Source: Macrostomum lignano
Taxonomy: Eukaryota
Reading direction: 5' to 3'
Assembly: GCA_002269645.1 (NCBI GenBank)
Contig: NIVC01002302.1
Location: 1-64,000, forward strand
DNA length: 64,000 bases
Positions 51,665 through 63,857 of the stretch are shown here, one piece after another (position 1 is the first letter of the stretch; each line of letters opens with the position of its first letter). The position numbers were made by a program, and so were the translations under genes. The notes beneath the pieces were generated by a model. That model saw only the letters and a program-made list of their open reading frames with translations, was not told the origin of the DNA and made no database searches.

Positions 51665-52385
51665 CCTCTGCCTTTCTTTCTGTCCCTTGGGTTCTTTAAA
51701 ATTTCTTTCTTTTCTTTCTTTTTTATTTTATTTATCATCTTGCCTTTTATTTCCTCTCTCCTCTACTTTTTTCTCTTTCCCTTTTTTCTCTTTTCTCTGC
51801 TTTCTCTATTGCTCTTTCATCCTTCTCACCCTTTCTACTCTCTCTCTTGTTTCTTCTCTCTCTTCTCTGCTCTCACATCTCTCTTTTCCTCTCTTCTCCC
51901 TTGTCTCTTATTTCTTCTCTGCTCTCATACCTCTCATTTCCCCTCTCTCCTATCTTCTTTCTCCTTTTGCTTTCACACATATTCTCTCTTCTTTCTCTTC
52001 TCTCTATTCTCCTATCTCTCTTCTCTATTCCCTCATCTTTTCTCTCCTCTTGTCTTTCTTCTGTTGTCATTGCTTCATTATCTGTTCACTCATCTCTCTA
52101 TTATGTACTTTTCTCTTTTCCCTCTTCTGACTCCTCTCTGTCCTTACTTCTCTCTTCTCTTCCTTGTTCTATACTCTCTCCTCTCATCTCTATTGTCTTC
52201 TCTGTCAACTCTCTTCTCCCCTCCATCTCTGATTTCTTTGATCTCTTTCATCTCTACAATCTTATTTTTTCTCTCTCCTTCCCTTTCATTTACTTTCTTG
52301 TCTTTCCTTTCTCCTCTCTCCTCTTTCTTATATCTATTTCCTCTCTTTTCTCTCTTTTTTCTCCCTTTTCTCTCCTCTCTCCTCG
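51665..52385. repeat. CT-rich low-complexity polypyrimidine tract
   Basis: About 700 bp of (CT/TTC)-rich sequence; it produces spurious Leu/Phe/Ser and Arg/Glu ORFs. Confidence 0.9.
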
Positions 52386-55158
52386 AGAAATTCAAATCAG
52401 GATGCTCAAAGTCACTTGGTGTTATCTGTTGAAGGAGCAGCTGGTATTGGGGTGATAATGGAATGCTGGAAAGACTAGCTGAGGATGTCTAGCAGTTGAG
52501 GCTTGCCCATTGTTGAGGCTTAATCAACAAAACTAGAGAAATTCGCATCAGGATGTCTATAGTCACCTGGTGCCACTTGTTGAAGGTCCAAAAGCTCCAT
52601 CTGGATGAAGGCTAGTGACCAACAAAGGCAGAGCTGATGTAGACATGTGGTCAATATGCTAATGAAATTTGGAGGCTTGGCAAGGCTACATGCCATGATA
52701 CATGATACAAAAACCTACTTATGTGTTAATGTAATTATTGAATTAAATAAATGTTGGCTAAGATTGCAATCCTGTTTAACAAGGGTAGGCAAGAATTAAA
52801 AAGTTATTTTTACCCAAAGAACCCACCTTGAACCTTTTACATTGCTGTGAGTAAAAATAAAATCCTGATTTTGATAAGTTTATCCTGTGTAATCCCACAG
52901 CACTTACACATGATTAATTTAATACTTGGTAAAGAAAACTGTAGGTTCTATGAACTATAAATCGAGATGCTTAGAGTACTACTAATATCGTCCCAATCTT
53001 CTTGCCAACTGGTTACTGACTTATAATAAGTTTGTTTTATCTATACTTAATCACATTATTGAATTGCTTTATACTGTTCATTTTTGTACCAAGGTGAGAT
53101 CAAATTTCATTCTTTAATATCTAGTATTATGCTGGTCTAGTTTACTATGCTCCAAGCTTGCTGTCTAATCTCTTGTCATTAAATTATTCTTTTTTCTTTT
53201 ATGCTGTGCATATATTAAAGTTCGGCGGACCGACTCCCGATTTCGCATAAACTTCTGCCTTTGGGGCGATGCACTTTGCTCAGCGCCGGAGCCGATTCAC
53301 TTTTTTGTGCACTTGCCAATCGCATTCCTGCCGGCGTCGCCTTCGCGCGAGGAATGAGTCTCGTCCGCCTTCGCCCGAGATAATTCGCTTATCTGGCATT
53401 CGAGAAAATTGAGGCAAAAGAAAATTCTAAGCTCGCTGCTTGTCTGCTTTTATTCTATAGAATTTCCCTACTCATCTCCTTGGTTTGCCAGCTTTGAGCC
53501 ATCGTATAGGAGGAAGATGATGATCGCGCGTGCTGGTGCGGCAGGCTTGGATCTGTGAGTCTATCGCTGTCCCAATACGACTTTGGTAGTCCGTCCGATA
53601 TTATTCCCTCCCTGGAGTTCCTGTGGTTGGTTCGATTTCTCCTGAAGAGCTAAGAGCTTGCACGAGGAACTGGGAGCTGGAGAGACGCGTATCGATGGAG
53701 AATGGAATCCAGCCACTTCCCTCCTATCCTTCTCTCTCCTGTTCCTCATTTCCGATTTCCGCGCAAGTTCCACTGGGCGCTGTGGCTAACCCTCTCCGGG
53801 GATTAAATGAGCTGGCCGGATGGAAAGGGATAACAGAAAGGCGTGACTGACCTCAGCTGCCCTCTGTCCTGGCCGACTCCATTTTTCGTCGCCAAAGTTT
53901 CATTTTTTCCTTTCCTTCTCTGTTAATTTTATGCAAAAAACGCTGGACTAACGCTGGAAGGTTGAAGCATTTCAGGTCACACGAAGCTATAAAGGTTATT
54001 TATGGACCCTTTTAGGCTGAGTATCTCTGGTTTATTTATGATTCTGAACTGCACTTTTATTATCAAGTACCGTCGACAAGTACCGAGCTGCATGTAGCTA
54101 GAAAAGAGACATTAAATACACTACGAGTATTTTGCAACCGATTCTTTGCACTGGATGGTTGTCTAGGTACAGTCTTGCTTCCGGACTTCTCTATCATGTT
54201 TGAAAAGCTGCAGGCCAATGTTTATTGCTTTTTTATCTCCACTAGATGTTGAAATCGTTAGTCTAAAATACCAAACCTTTAAGCAAATTTCTGTTTAAGT
54301 TCCCCCATGTTCTTTCTGGTTTGTACTTTATAAACAGCATTAAAATTAGTAATCTTCTATAATATTAGTGCAGCTATTCTGACGCCAAGTCACAACTGTC
54401 TCCTAGAAGCATCTGTCTTTAAAACTCCCTCCATCATCGGATTCATCGCATCGATGCTTGCTCCCCTTCGACCAGCGCGTGAGTGACGGCTGCGAAACAT
54501 TTCTTAGAAACTTAGAATATTTTCAAAACTTTAGAATGCTTATTTTGTTATGTTAAATAACCGGACACTTTGGATTTTGAATGTGTTTTAAAATATTTTT
54601 CTGCCCGCTACTTTGGTTTCTATGAAAGTAAGATGAACTGGCAAGAGTTACTTTCAAGCGCATGTTTCTTGCCAGTGTACTTTGTTTGTAGGCTATCGGC
54701 ATTGCTGGCGGTTAGGCCTGTTTTTCGCTTGACGTGATCCGCTATTGTGTTTTTTTAGTCCTACCGAAAATTGATGACCACTTATGGTGACCGTGTGGCC
54801 TTCAGAACGTTGCTTTTTCTTTTCCTTTCCATCCGAGCCAATCAGATGCAGCTCAGCAGTCGACTGGTTCAGTACGAAGCTTAGTATAAAAACTAAGGAA
54901 AGGTTCAAGCGCATAGATAGCTGCTTTGCGGTGACATTTTCTTCTTCTAGAGGATTGGCTGGAGCTAGGAATACATTAAAGTCTGCCGCTGGCCCTTTGC
55001 TTGCATTTTGTGCGAGTTAGACCTATTCTTGGTTGGTTATTTCCGATCAGTTTATTCTACCTATCTGATTCAAGGTGGTCTGCCGTGCTCCGGGTAAGCA
55101 GCTGTGAATTGGTCTATAGAGACATCATTTTGAATTATTAATACTGTTTTTGTCCTGC

Positions 55159-55335
55159 TATGTGGAACAGTGGGCATGCAAAACGGAGCGGCCTATCGTT
55201 CCGGCTTCTATTCCGGCTCATCCTTTCATATAGCATGACAAATCGACTTGTCTATGGCCTGCTTTCTCGAGTTAATTCAAACGCTTGGCCATAGAATTCT
55301 ATAGGCCATTCCGTTTCCGTCCACTGTTCTACATA
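55159..55335. mobile_element. Small TA-flanked MITE
   Basis: TATGTGGAACAGTGG ... CCACTGTTCTACATA, with inner CGGA..GGCCTAT / ATAGGCC..TCCG symmetry. Confidence 0.6.
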
Positions 55336-55345
55336 CGAGCTAGCA

Positions 55346-55838
55346 CATGGGTCGGCAAACTCCGGTCCGCGGGCCATACGCGGCCCTCAAAGCCTCTATC
55401 CGGCCCTCAGGTCCTTTGAAGCTTCACAGTGGCGATCCGGCCCGCTCAAGGTTTGTGTCTCTGCTCAGCTCTGTCTCTTCTCTCTTCTTTACCCTCTCCC
55501 CCCTCTCCCCTCTCCCCTCTCTTCTTCTCTCCCCTCTCCCTTCTCTTCTTTCCCCTCTCCCTTCTCTTCTTTCCCCTCTCCCTTCTCTTCTTTCCCATCT
55601 CCCGTCTTTTCTTCTCTCCTCTCTTCTCCACTACCCTCTCTCTCTATCTCTTCCTCTTCCCTCTCTCCCCTCTTCTCTCCTCTTTTACGACGTATCTTTT
55701 CTCTCATCTCATTCCCCGCCTCTCCTCTCCTCTCATCTTTCGTCTTCCATTCCCTTTTCTTTCCACTCTCATCTGGCCCGCAGACAAGAGCTGCATTCCC
55801 TATCTGGCCCTTTAGGTAGAAAAGTTTGCCGACCCCTG
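55346..55838. mobile_element. hAT-type MITE copy A (CT-rich interior) with 8-bp TSD
   Basis: CATGGGTCGGCAAAC...GTTTGCCGACCCCTG; TSD AGCTAGCA at 55338-55345 and 55839-55846. Confidence 0.75.
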
Positions 55839-55846
55839 AGCTAGCA

Positions 55847-56181
55847 CATGGGTCGGCAAAACTTTTTTACGAGTACCTCAAGGGCCAGATAGAGAACCCA
55901 GAGAATGACTGCGGGCTAGAGGGGGGGGGAGAGGAGAGGGAATAAAGGAGAGAGAAGGGAGATAAGAGAAAGGAGAGGCGATAGAATAAAAAAGAACAGA
56001 GGAGGAGAAAAGAGGAGAGAGGAGAGGAGAGAGAAAGAGAGTACAGTGGAGATTACATGTAGAGAGAAGAGCGCTGAGAAGAGATATAAACATTGAGTGG
56101 GCCGGGTTGCTATTGTAAAGTTTCAAAAGACCGGAAGGCCGGATAGAGAAAGGCTCTGCGGGCCGGAGTTTCCGACCCCTG
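55847..56181. mobile_element. hAT-type MITE copy B (GA-rich interior, opposite orientation)
   Basis: CATGGGTCGGCAAAAC...GTTTCCGACCCCTG; interior is the reverse-complement relative of copy A. Confidence 0.7.
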
Positions 56182-57544
56182 AGTCATAGCAGGGCAAAAA
56201 GCAATGCTTCGTAAGTTATTAAGTTGCTACGCGGCCTAGAGGAATAAATGAACATATCTTTCGCACAAAAGACACTAGAAATTGGAGCGTATCGGTCTAT
56301 TTACAATTCTTAGGATTTGCATCTAGAATATGGCAGCAGATTTTTTATCAATAAAAGTACAGATTATACTTGGTTTACAGATAAGATAAGTGATTTCCTG
56401 TCTGGCCATTCTATTTACACAGCTATTTCTGTGAGCTCTGTGCTCAGAAGTAGTATTCTGGAGTAGCTGTGAGGCTTGCCCCCTAGCCTTGATTGTATTA
56501 TGTCTTCTCGTCTAAGGCCTCGGAGCCCTCGGGCGTTTTCGGGAAGATCTTTTTTCTTCAGGGTCTCTGCCTGAGTGCCTGCATTTCCTTGCTTTATAAG
56601 TCACACGGTGTCTGCAAACTTTAGTCGCGCGTAGGACGGGGCCGGGAGCCGTCTCCAAGCGTTTCATCATGATGTTTTACCCTGCTGACGCTTCTTGCTG
56701 TCCCCTCTGTCTCGGTTGCCTCTATTTTGATCGAACGACTTTTTCTTTTTCAACTGTTCTTTTAGAAGTGGCTGGACTCTTCTAGTCTGCGCCTAAAACA
56801 CTTTTTCTTTTTTTCTCTGGATTCTAATTACACAGTTTCCTTGCCTACGGAAGCTCGGTATAGTGTTTCATAGGCTAGCACTAGTGCCATTAATCATATT
56901 ACCAGCCATACGGTGAGCCTGAGCGGTGTTCTCTTCACTCAAGTCTTTTCCATCATCCACACGGCTCGGGCTTGATTACCTATCGAATTCGAGTGTCCGA
57001 GTGGCAGCCCCCCCCCCTGCTGCCGCCGATATGACGGAAGAGCATTTTTGTTGTGGCGAAATAGGAAAGGCAGACTGGGGATTTATAAAAGTGCATCGTC
57101 TCGCTAGCGCTGGATCCGCTCTCTTCTCTCCCTCTTTGGATTAATACGGGTCTGTGTTATGTCAATCCTCAACCCTGGACAGTTGCCTCTGTGCCTCCCA
57201 GTCTTGTTAGCTTGCCCAGTTCAAGAGTCCAGCGCGTTAATTGCATCCGTGTACAGTTCTCCCGGCTGACCCTGCCGCAGAGGCGCGCTATCAGCTGTTA
57301 GAATCAGCGGGTCGGCTCGATTGCAGTGCTACGGCCAAAATAGATTGCTTCTGTTGGATAGTATAGCATTATTTTCGATATATCTGTTTATTACTATATC
57401 AGAGCTTTAGCCTTGACGTCTGCAGATTATTGCCCGCGAAACTGCTTGCCTAGTATTCGTAAGCGGCATTTTTCTTCCGAAACCAAGGTGTTCATAAAAA
57501 TTAGATTCATTATAATAAGTACTGCAGATATTTACTAAATACTT

Positions 57545-58020
57545 GACCAGATGAAAACGGTACCAAGGCCAAGAAGCGTCCCAGTGAGTCTCTTGCATCG
57601 GCCCAGAGTCGTTTCAGAGTCGTTGCAGGTAACACAGATGAAATAGGAAAGAAGTGACTATAGAGACTACTCTTAAAAGATGAAATGTCACGGTACAAGT
57701 CGCCAAGAAGTCGTCTAAGAGTCAATTTGAGGCGTTTTATTGTCTGCGACTCTGAAACGACTTTAGGGCGACGCAGGTGACTTTGGGACCGTAGAGTCCT
57801 ATCTGAGACGTGCCAGAGTCGCTATAGAATCACTGAGTTGCGTCTAAAGTGCATCTGCGTCAACTATTTAGTCTACTTGAGTTAGTGGAAAGTTAAGCGT
57901 TAACACAACTGAATTTTAAACAACTTTTTCGCGACTCTTACGATTTTGCAACTCGCGTGATGCTGCTCTCCTGACTCGTCAGTCGCCTCTCCGTCGCATT
58001 ACAGTCAATTGAGTAATTAA
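57545..58020 (-). mobile_element. Inverted copy of the 35340-35760 dispersed repeat
   Basis: Reverse-complement similarity over about 400 bp. Confidence 0.75.
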
Positions 58021-58269
58021 AAATTCACAAGAGTCGCTAGTGAGTTGTTTGTAATCACTCTAGCGATTCTTGTCACTGTAACGTCAATGATGATCCATTC
58101 CAAGTATCCAGTAATCCAGCCTTGCTGCAGAATTCTTTTCCCTCTCGATTTCAGAGTCTCGCCGTTCTGGAACTGACAAATAGCTATTAATTAGTCAAGG
58201 GCGTCAGCGAGATTGAATGCGGCGCTAAGGCTGGCACCGCGGACAGTTTGCCTGAAGTGAACTGGCGCA

Positions 58270-58998
58270 ATGGCATCGGCAAAGACTGACGCCGAGGCCG
58301 GAGTTAAAGTGGCCAATAATGCGGAGTTTTTCGTTTGCAATGCCAACATAGTTGGGCATAGGAATCGAGTTTGGGGCCACAGGAACACGGTGACAGGGAA
58401 TGGCAACCAGGTGTACGGCAATTGGAACCGGGTGGCCGGCACCCGCAACACTGTCCGGGGCATCAACAATCGGGTTGTCGGTGTCAAAAATGACGTCATC
58501 GATGCTAGCACTCTTGGCAGCGCCGGCTCCTCCGCTCCGTCCTCGTCGACATCCTCGGCCGAGGAATCGGCGTCGAACGATGGCGAATCTGCCGCGGCGG
58601 CCGAAGTCCTTGTCAGCGTCTGCAAGCGGGTCCGAGTTCGAACCGACGCCAATGGGCGGCGCCAGCGCGAAAATTTTCACGTCGAACTGGTCGAGCGCCG
58701 ACTATTTGGGGTGGATTTGTCCTCGTCTTGGACGGCCAGCTCGCCGTTGAAAGGATTCAACAATCCAGACACTCTGTACGATTTGTCCGGTCTGGATGGC
58801 GCGGACTCGGACGCCGCCGGCCTGCCCTGCTGCGTCTGCCTCGGCCGGGAGCGCTGCGTCAAGCTGTCCCCCTGCCGGCACGTGCCGGTGTGTCTGGCCT
58901 GCGCCAAGCGCCTGTTTAACGGGGCTCGAACCCGGACTGTCGCTTGTCCGCTGTGTCGCTCGCCTGTTGAATCGGTTGAACGACTGTTTTTGAACTGA
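58270..58998 (+). CDS. Intronless protein with N-terminal VxGxxNx heptad (beta-roll-like) repeats and C-terminal IAP/MDM2-type RING-HC
   Basis: Seven heptads VGHRNR/VWGHRNT/VTGNGNQ/VYGNWNR/VAGTRNT/VRGINNR/VVGVKND; CCVCLGRER...PCRHVPVCLACA...CPLCRSPV..V.RLF; GC-rich coding-like composition. Confidence 0.8.
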   Translation: MASAKTDAEAGVKVANNAEFFVCNANIVGHRNRVWGHRNTVTGNGNQVYGNWNRVAGTRNTVRGINNRVVGVKNDVIDASTLGSAGSSAPSSSTSSAEESASNDGESAAAAEVLVSVCKRVRVRTDANGRRQRENFHVELVERRLFGVDLSSSWTASSPLKGFNNPDTLYDLSGLDGADSDAAGLPCCVCLGRERCVKLSPCRHVPVCLACAKRLFNGARTRTVACPLCRSPVESVERLFLN

Positions 58999-59099
58999 TT
59001 GAATGCGAGTTTAGTCTAAATATGTGGGAGAGATATCTGAGCATTTACCAGCTGCTCAACTCGTATGGAAGCTGATCTTATCTTAGCCGGTAGACGCTT

Positions 59100-59810
59100 A
59101 GATCACCTGGAGGCTACTGTACTGCTTAGCTCACCTGGAGGCTACTGTACTGCTTAGCTCACCTGGAGGCTACTGTACTGATTAGCTCACCTGGAGGCTA
59201 CTGTACTGATTAGCTCACCTGGAGGCTACTGTACTGATTAGCTCACCTGGAGGCTACTGTAGTGATTAGCTCACCTGGAGGCTACTGTACTGCTTAGCTC
59301 ACCTAGAGGCTACTGTACTGATTAGCTCACCAGGAGGCTACTGTACTGCTTAGCTCACCAGGAGGCTACTGTACTGCTTAGCTCACCTGGAGGCTACTGT
59401 ACTGCTTAGCTCACCAGGAGGCTACTGTACTGCTTAGCTCACCTGGAGGCTACTGTACTGCTTAGCTCACCTGGAGGCTACTGTACTGATTAGCTCACCT
59501 GGAGGCTACTGTACTGATTAGCTCACCTGGAGGCTACTGTAGTGATTAGCTCACCTGGAGGCTACTGTACTGCTTAGCTCACCTAGAGGCTACTGTACTG
59601 ATTAGCTCACCAGGAGGCTACTGTACTGCTTAGCTCACCAGGAGGCTACTGTACTGCTTAGCTCACCAGGAGGCTACTGTACTGCTTAGCTCACCTGGAG
59701 GCTACTGTACTGCTTAGCTCACCTGGAGGCTACTGTACTGCTTAGCTCACCTGGAGGCTACTGTACTGATTAGCTCACCTGGAAGCTACTGTACTACTTA
59801 GCTCATCTGT
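59100..59810. repeat. 28-bp minisatellite
   Basis: Unit AGCTCACCTGGAGGCTACTGTACTG(C/A)TT. Confidence 0.95.
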
Positions 59811-60639
59811 AAGCTCCATAGCGCAGCTTAGCGTTACGTGGGTCACAGAAGATATTAAGCTGCCCTATAATAAGCAGTTTATCTCCACCTCGAAACTGCC
59901 CCAATTCAAATAAATCCTTTTTAACCCGCCTTTCTAAGCAAATTAATTGGTCCGTTTTTACAAAAGAAAAATAGCATCTCTCTCCTATTGTGTTTGCTTT
60001 GATTGTGACTAAAAAATGATTGATCATCAGTTAGGATTTATTGATAGTCTAGACTATAGTCTCTACTGCATTGAATTGCATCGGGCATTGATTTTCGCAG
60101 AGCTTTTTCTCTCTTGACAAAAGATTTCTTATAATTTAGCTTATACCAACAATTCTGCACTGTTCTGTCTGTTTTCTACACAAATCTAGTCGTTATTTAT
60201 AAAAATGATATATTACAATATTTCATGAAAAAATACATTTTGCTGGAGATTTTCCTCAGGTTTTGTCATAGATGTGTTATCGAATTAGCTTTATTCGAAT
60301 TTTTGCTATTGCTGCTACATAGTGCCGCAAACTTCAATGGTCTCGAGTAAGAGTTTTTTTAGGATTTATTTTAATTAGATATTGGATTAAAGTCAAAACT
60401 TTTTCGTCTGATGACGTTTTGAGATCAAATAGCTCTGATTGCTTAGTTATTTTTTAAGTTTTTCTCTTCTTTTGCTGCTTTTCTCAAAGCCATCCTGTTT
60501 TTTTTCATCAGTCATTTTTCAGTTGTTTTAGTGCTGCCACAAGTTCAATGCATATTTTGCACTTGATGCATCTTTCATAGTTTATAATTACAGCATAATC
60601 CCAAAAGGCATGCGTAGCACTCCCAAACCCTCAGTTTTT

Positions 60640-61410
60640 GGGACAGTCTCCCAGATCCTCAGTTGTTGGGCCACCTTCCCAGATCCTCAGTTGCTGGGCC
60701 ACCACCCTCCCAGATCCTCAGCTGCTGGGCCACCACCCTCCCAGATCCTCAGTTGCTGGGCCACCACCCTCCCAGATGCTCAGTTTTTGGGCCACCCTCC
60801 CAGATGCTCTGTTGCTGGGCCACCAGCCTCCCAGATGCTCAGTTGCTGGGCCATCACCCTCCCAGATCCTCAGTTGCTAGGCCACCAGCCTCCCAGATGC
60901 TCAGTTGCTAGGCCACCACCCTCCCAGATGCTCAGTTGCTAGGCCACCACCCTCCCAGATCCTCAGTTGCTGGGCCACCACCCTCCCAGATGCTCAGTTG
61001 CTAGGCCACCACCCTCCCAGATCCTCAGTTGCTGGGCCACCACCCTCCCAGATCCTCAGTTGCTAGGCCACCAGCCTCCCAGATGCTCAGTTGCTGGGCC
61101 ACCACCCTCCCAGATGCTCAGTTGCTAGGCCACCACCCTCCCAGATCCTCAGTTGCTGGGCCACCACCCTCCCAGATGCTCAGTTGCTAGGCCACCACCC
61201 TCCCAGATCCTCAGTTGCTGGGCCACCACCCTCCCAAATGCTCAGTTTTTTGGGCCACCCTCCCAGATCCTCAGTTACTAGGCCACCACCCTCCCAGATG
61301 CTCAGTTGCTGGGCCACCACCCTCCCAAATGCTCAGTTTTTTGGGCCACCCTCCCAGATCCTCAGTTACTAGGCCACCACCCTCCCAGATGCTCAGTTGC
61401 TGGGCCACCC
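60640..61410. repeat. 31-bp minisatellite
   Basis: Unit CTCCCAGAT(C/G)CTCAGTTGCT(G/A)GGCCACCACC. Confidence 0.95.
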
Positions 61411-61984
61411 CATATCAGATTCTAATTTCCCAGTTACTCATATTTTTCCTGGCAAATAGACTTGCAGCATTGTGCGCCGCAGACACTTCAGTATTTCCTT
61501 CTTTGACAGGAACCGTTGACTGAACTTTTAGAGTCCGTTGATTTATACACAAACTGTGACACAGACGTCCCCAAGTCAATACTGTCAATCATATTTTCAA
61601 TTCGAATTTCTGCTGCTAAGTTTCGCGCCCGGCTCCATTTCGTCCAAGCTTTATTAAATTTTCGTGTTCAGTCATAACTAGCAATAAATCGAAAGATACT
61701 CTATCTCTGTCTACTTTTCAAATTGTTGTTTAAAAGATTGCAATTGCCATTTACTACACGTGTTACTATTGGAAAAATCGATTTTTCTTATACTTTTTAT
61801 TATTGAAATCATTCAGCTAGGGCTGGTTTTTATAGCTAATGCAGAAATCTAACTAGTAACTAGTTTGTCACAGTGCCACCAAAGTCCAACGACCCAGGAC
61901 CAGTTGTTGAATTGGGCAGTACGTCTGGTATAACTTTTTTTTATATCCCATATCACCTCTAGCTCAGCCACCACGCTCAGAAAC

Positions 61985-62390
61985 CCTTAGGCTGAGTAGC
62001 TAGCTTCCCAGATCCTCAGGCTGAGTAGCCAGCTTCCCAGATTCAGGCTGAGCAGCCACACTCCCAGATCTTCAGGCTGGGTAGCCAGTTTTCCAGATCC
62101 TCAGGCTGAGTAGCCAGCTTCCCAGATCCTCAGGCTGAGTAGCCAGCTTCCCAGATCCTCAGGCTGAGTAGCCAGCTTCCCATATCCTCAGGCTGAGTAG
62201 CCAGCTTCCCAGATCCTCAGGCTGAGTCGCCAGCTTTCCAGATCTTCAGGCTGAGTAGCCAGCTTCCCAGATCTTCAGGCTGAGTAGCCAGCTTCCCAGA
62301 TCCTCAGGCTGAGCAGCCACACTCCCAGATCCTCAGGCTGAGCAGCCACACTCCCAGATCCTCAGGCTGAGTCGCCAGCTTTCCAGATTG
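61985..62390. repeat. 29-bp minisatellite
   Basis: Unit CTTCCCAGATCCTCAGGCTGAGTAGCCAG. Confidence 0.9.
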
Positions 62391-62463
62391 GTTGCAGCAT
62401 GCCTCAATATCTAAATGGGCAGTCATTGACCTCGGATCGTATTTATTGCATGCAACAGACACA

Positions 62464-62799
62464 ATGAACGCGCCCCAGCCCTGGGAGTCATTCCTACTAG
62501 AAGAAGGCCAGAAGAAAGTCGTGATGCAGCGCGACACCAAAGTGCCCAACGCGGCCCTGTTCATCATCAACAAGGAGGATCACACCCTGGGCAACCTGCT
62601 CACCACGCAGCTGCTCAAAGACCCCGGCGTAATTTTCGCCGGCTACAAGATGCCGCATCCGATGGAATTCCGCGTCATGATCCGGGTGCAGACTGTGCCA
62701 GACTATCTGCCGCAGGACGCCTTCAATCACGCCATCTCGGATTTGATCTCCGAGATCTCCGGCCTGGAGGAGGGATTCAAGGCTGGCCTGTACTCATGA
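62464..62799 (+). CDS. POLR2J: RNA polymerase II subunit RPB11, single exon
   Basis: [18 protein letters not shown]...[21 protein letters not shown]...[18 protein letters not shown]...[20 protein letters not shown]. Confidence 0.95.
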   Translation: MNAPQPWESFLLEEGQKKVVMQRDTKVPNAALFIINKEDHTLGNLLTTQLLKDPGVIFAGYKMPHPMEFRVMIRVQTVPDYLPQDAFNHAISDLISEISGLEEGFKAGLYS

Positions 62800-63629
62800 C
62801 AGGCTGTTTTGCCGATTCCTGATGCCTGCATTTTTTACCTTTTTGACAACTATGCAACTGTCTCTTGTTGTGCTTTACGAGCTAATGCTATTCAAAACTA
62901 TTTTGCCTGTCTAAAATGCGTCTAAAACGTTTCCTAATTTGCTACTTTCAGTAGTATGTACTAGTACTCGTAGCTTAATATTATCTGAAATGTGAAAAAT
63001 AAAATTTTGGGAAGTTGTTAAAATCCGAACCATTTTCCGGTTGTAAATTATTATAGAAAAATCCCAGCTGAAATTGACTGCTTCTTCTATTAAATAATTT
63101 CGACAATTTTGTGTACCGGGGGAATCTTCTGAAATAAAATGTTGTTGCAAGCAGCTCACATATGCTCACGTCAGTCAATGAAATGCTGGTGGTCATGGCT
63201 GACTGTACAGTTTTGGATACAAGCGAGAGAGAAGTGTGCGGCTCCAGTGAGTGTTCCCGCATAGCCAGCCAGCTCTGCACTTGTAGATTCAGCTGGTCTA
63301 GCGGCCATCGATCGCACAGCTATTATACTCTAGGGGAAGGCACAATAGACTTCAGAGGCGAATGTCCACTGGCTCTGCTACAAGTCTCTGAAGTAGTCGG
63401 AATCTGCACACTTAAACTGGAGTCGGCTTGAAACTGTTTTGCATTACGAATAACCGGATTGCAATCCTGCACTTTCGACTATAAATCTGCTTTTTTTGTG
63501 AGTATGATGGAAATGGTGCTTGATTTAATAATAGTACGAGCGTAGATTAATATAATAACCGACAGCTCAGCCGCAGCTATTGCGAGGCGCATCTGAAGGC
63601 TGCGTACGGCTGTTCAGTCCAAGGACTGG

Positions 63630-63750
63630 GGGGTCTCCACACACAGCCTCAATTACCCCAGCTAATGCTGGCACCAATTTTACAGCTTTTACTGCAATGC
63701 AGATTTAAGTGTCTTGCTCAAGGACACAAATTGTTCCCGAGTTGGGTCGA
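63630..63750 (-). mobile_element. Possible SINE central-domain fragment
   Basis: GCTGGCACCAATTTTACAGC...AAGTGTCTTGCTCAAGGACAC resembles a motif common in invertebrate SINEs. Confidence 0.35.
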
Positions 63751-63857
63751 GAATAAATCAATGATTCAGCAGATATGGATGCCAGCCACTTTACGAGCGT
63801 AAACTAATCAAAGTTAATAATTCCTCATTCTCCAGGTAGATGCCACATTGACTAATT

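Noticed and set aside
51641-52455. Multi-TM-looking Leu/Phe/Ser-rich ORFs
   Set aside because: Low-complexity CT tract.
54693-54914. Small ORF with signal-peptide-like start (MRLNLSLVFILSFVLNQSTA)
   Set aside because: No recognisable domain, splice partner or coding bias; it cannot be distinguished from chance.
58191-58993. Overlapping alternative-frame and antisense ORFs around the heptad-RING gene
   Set aside because: Shadow ORFs expected in GC-rich coding DNA; the same applies to those over the LINE, SPSB3-like and SEC24 exons.
60610-61523. Pro/Ser/Cys-rich ORFs
   Set aside because: Derived from the 31-bp minisatellite.
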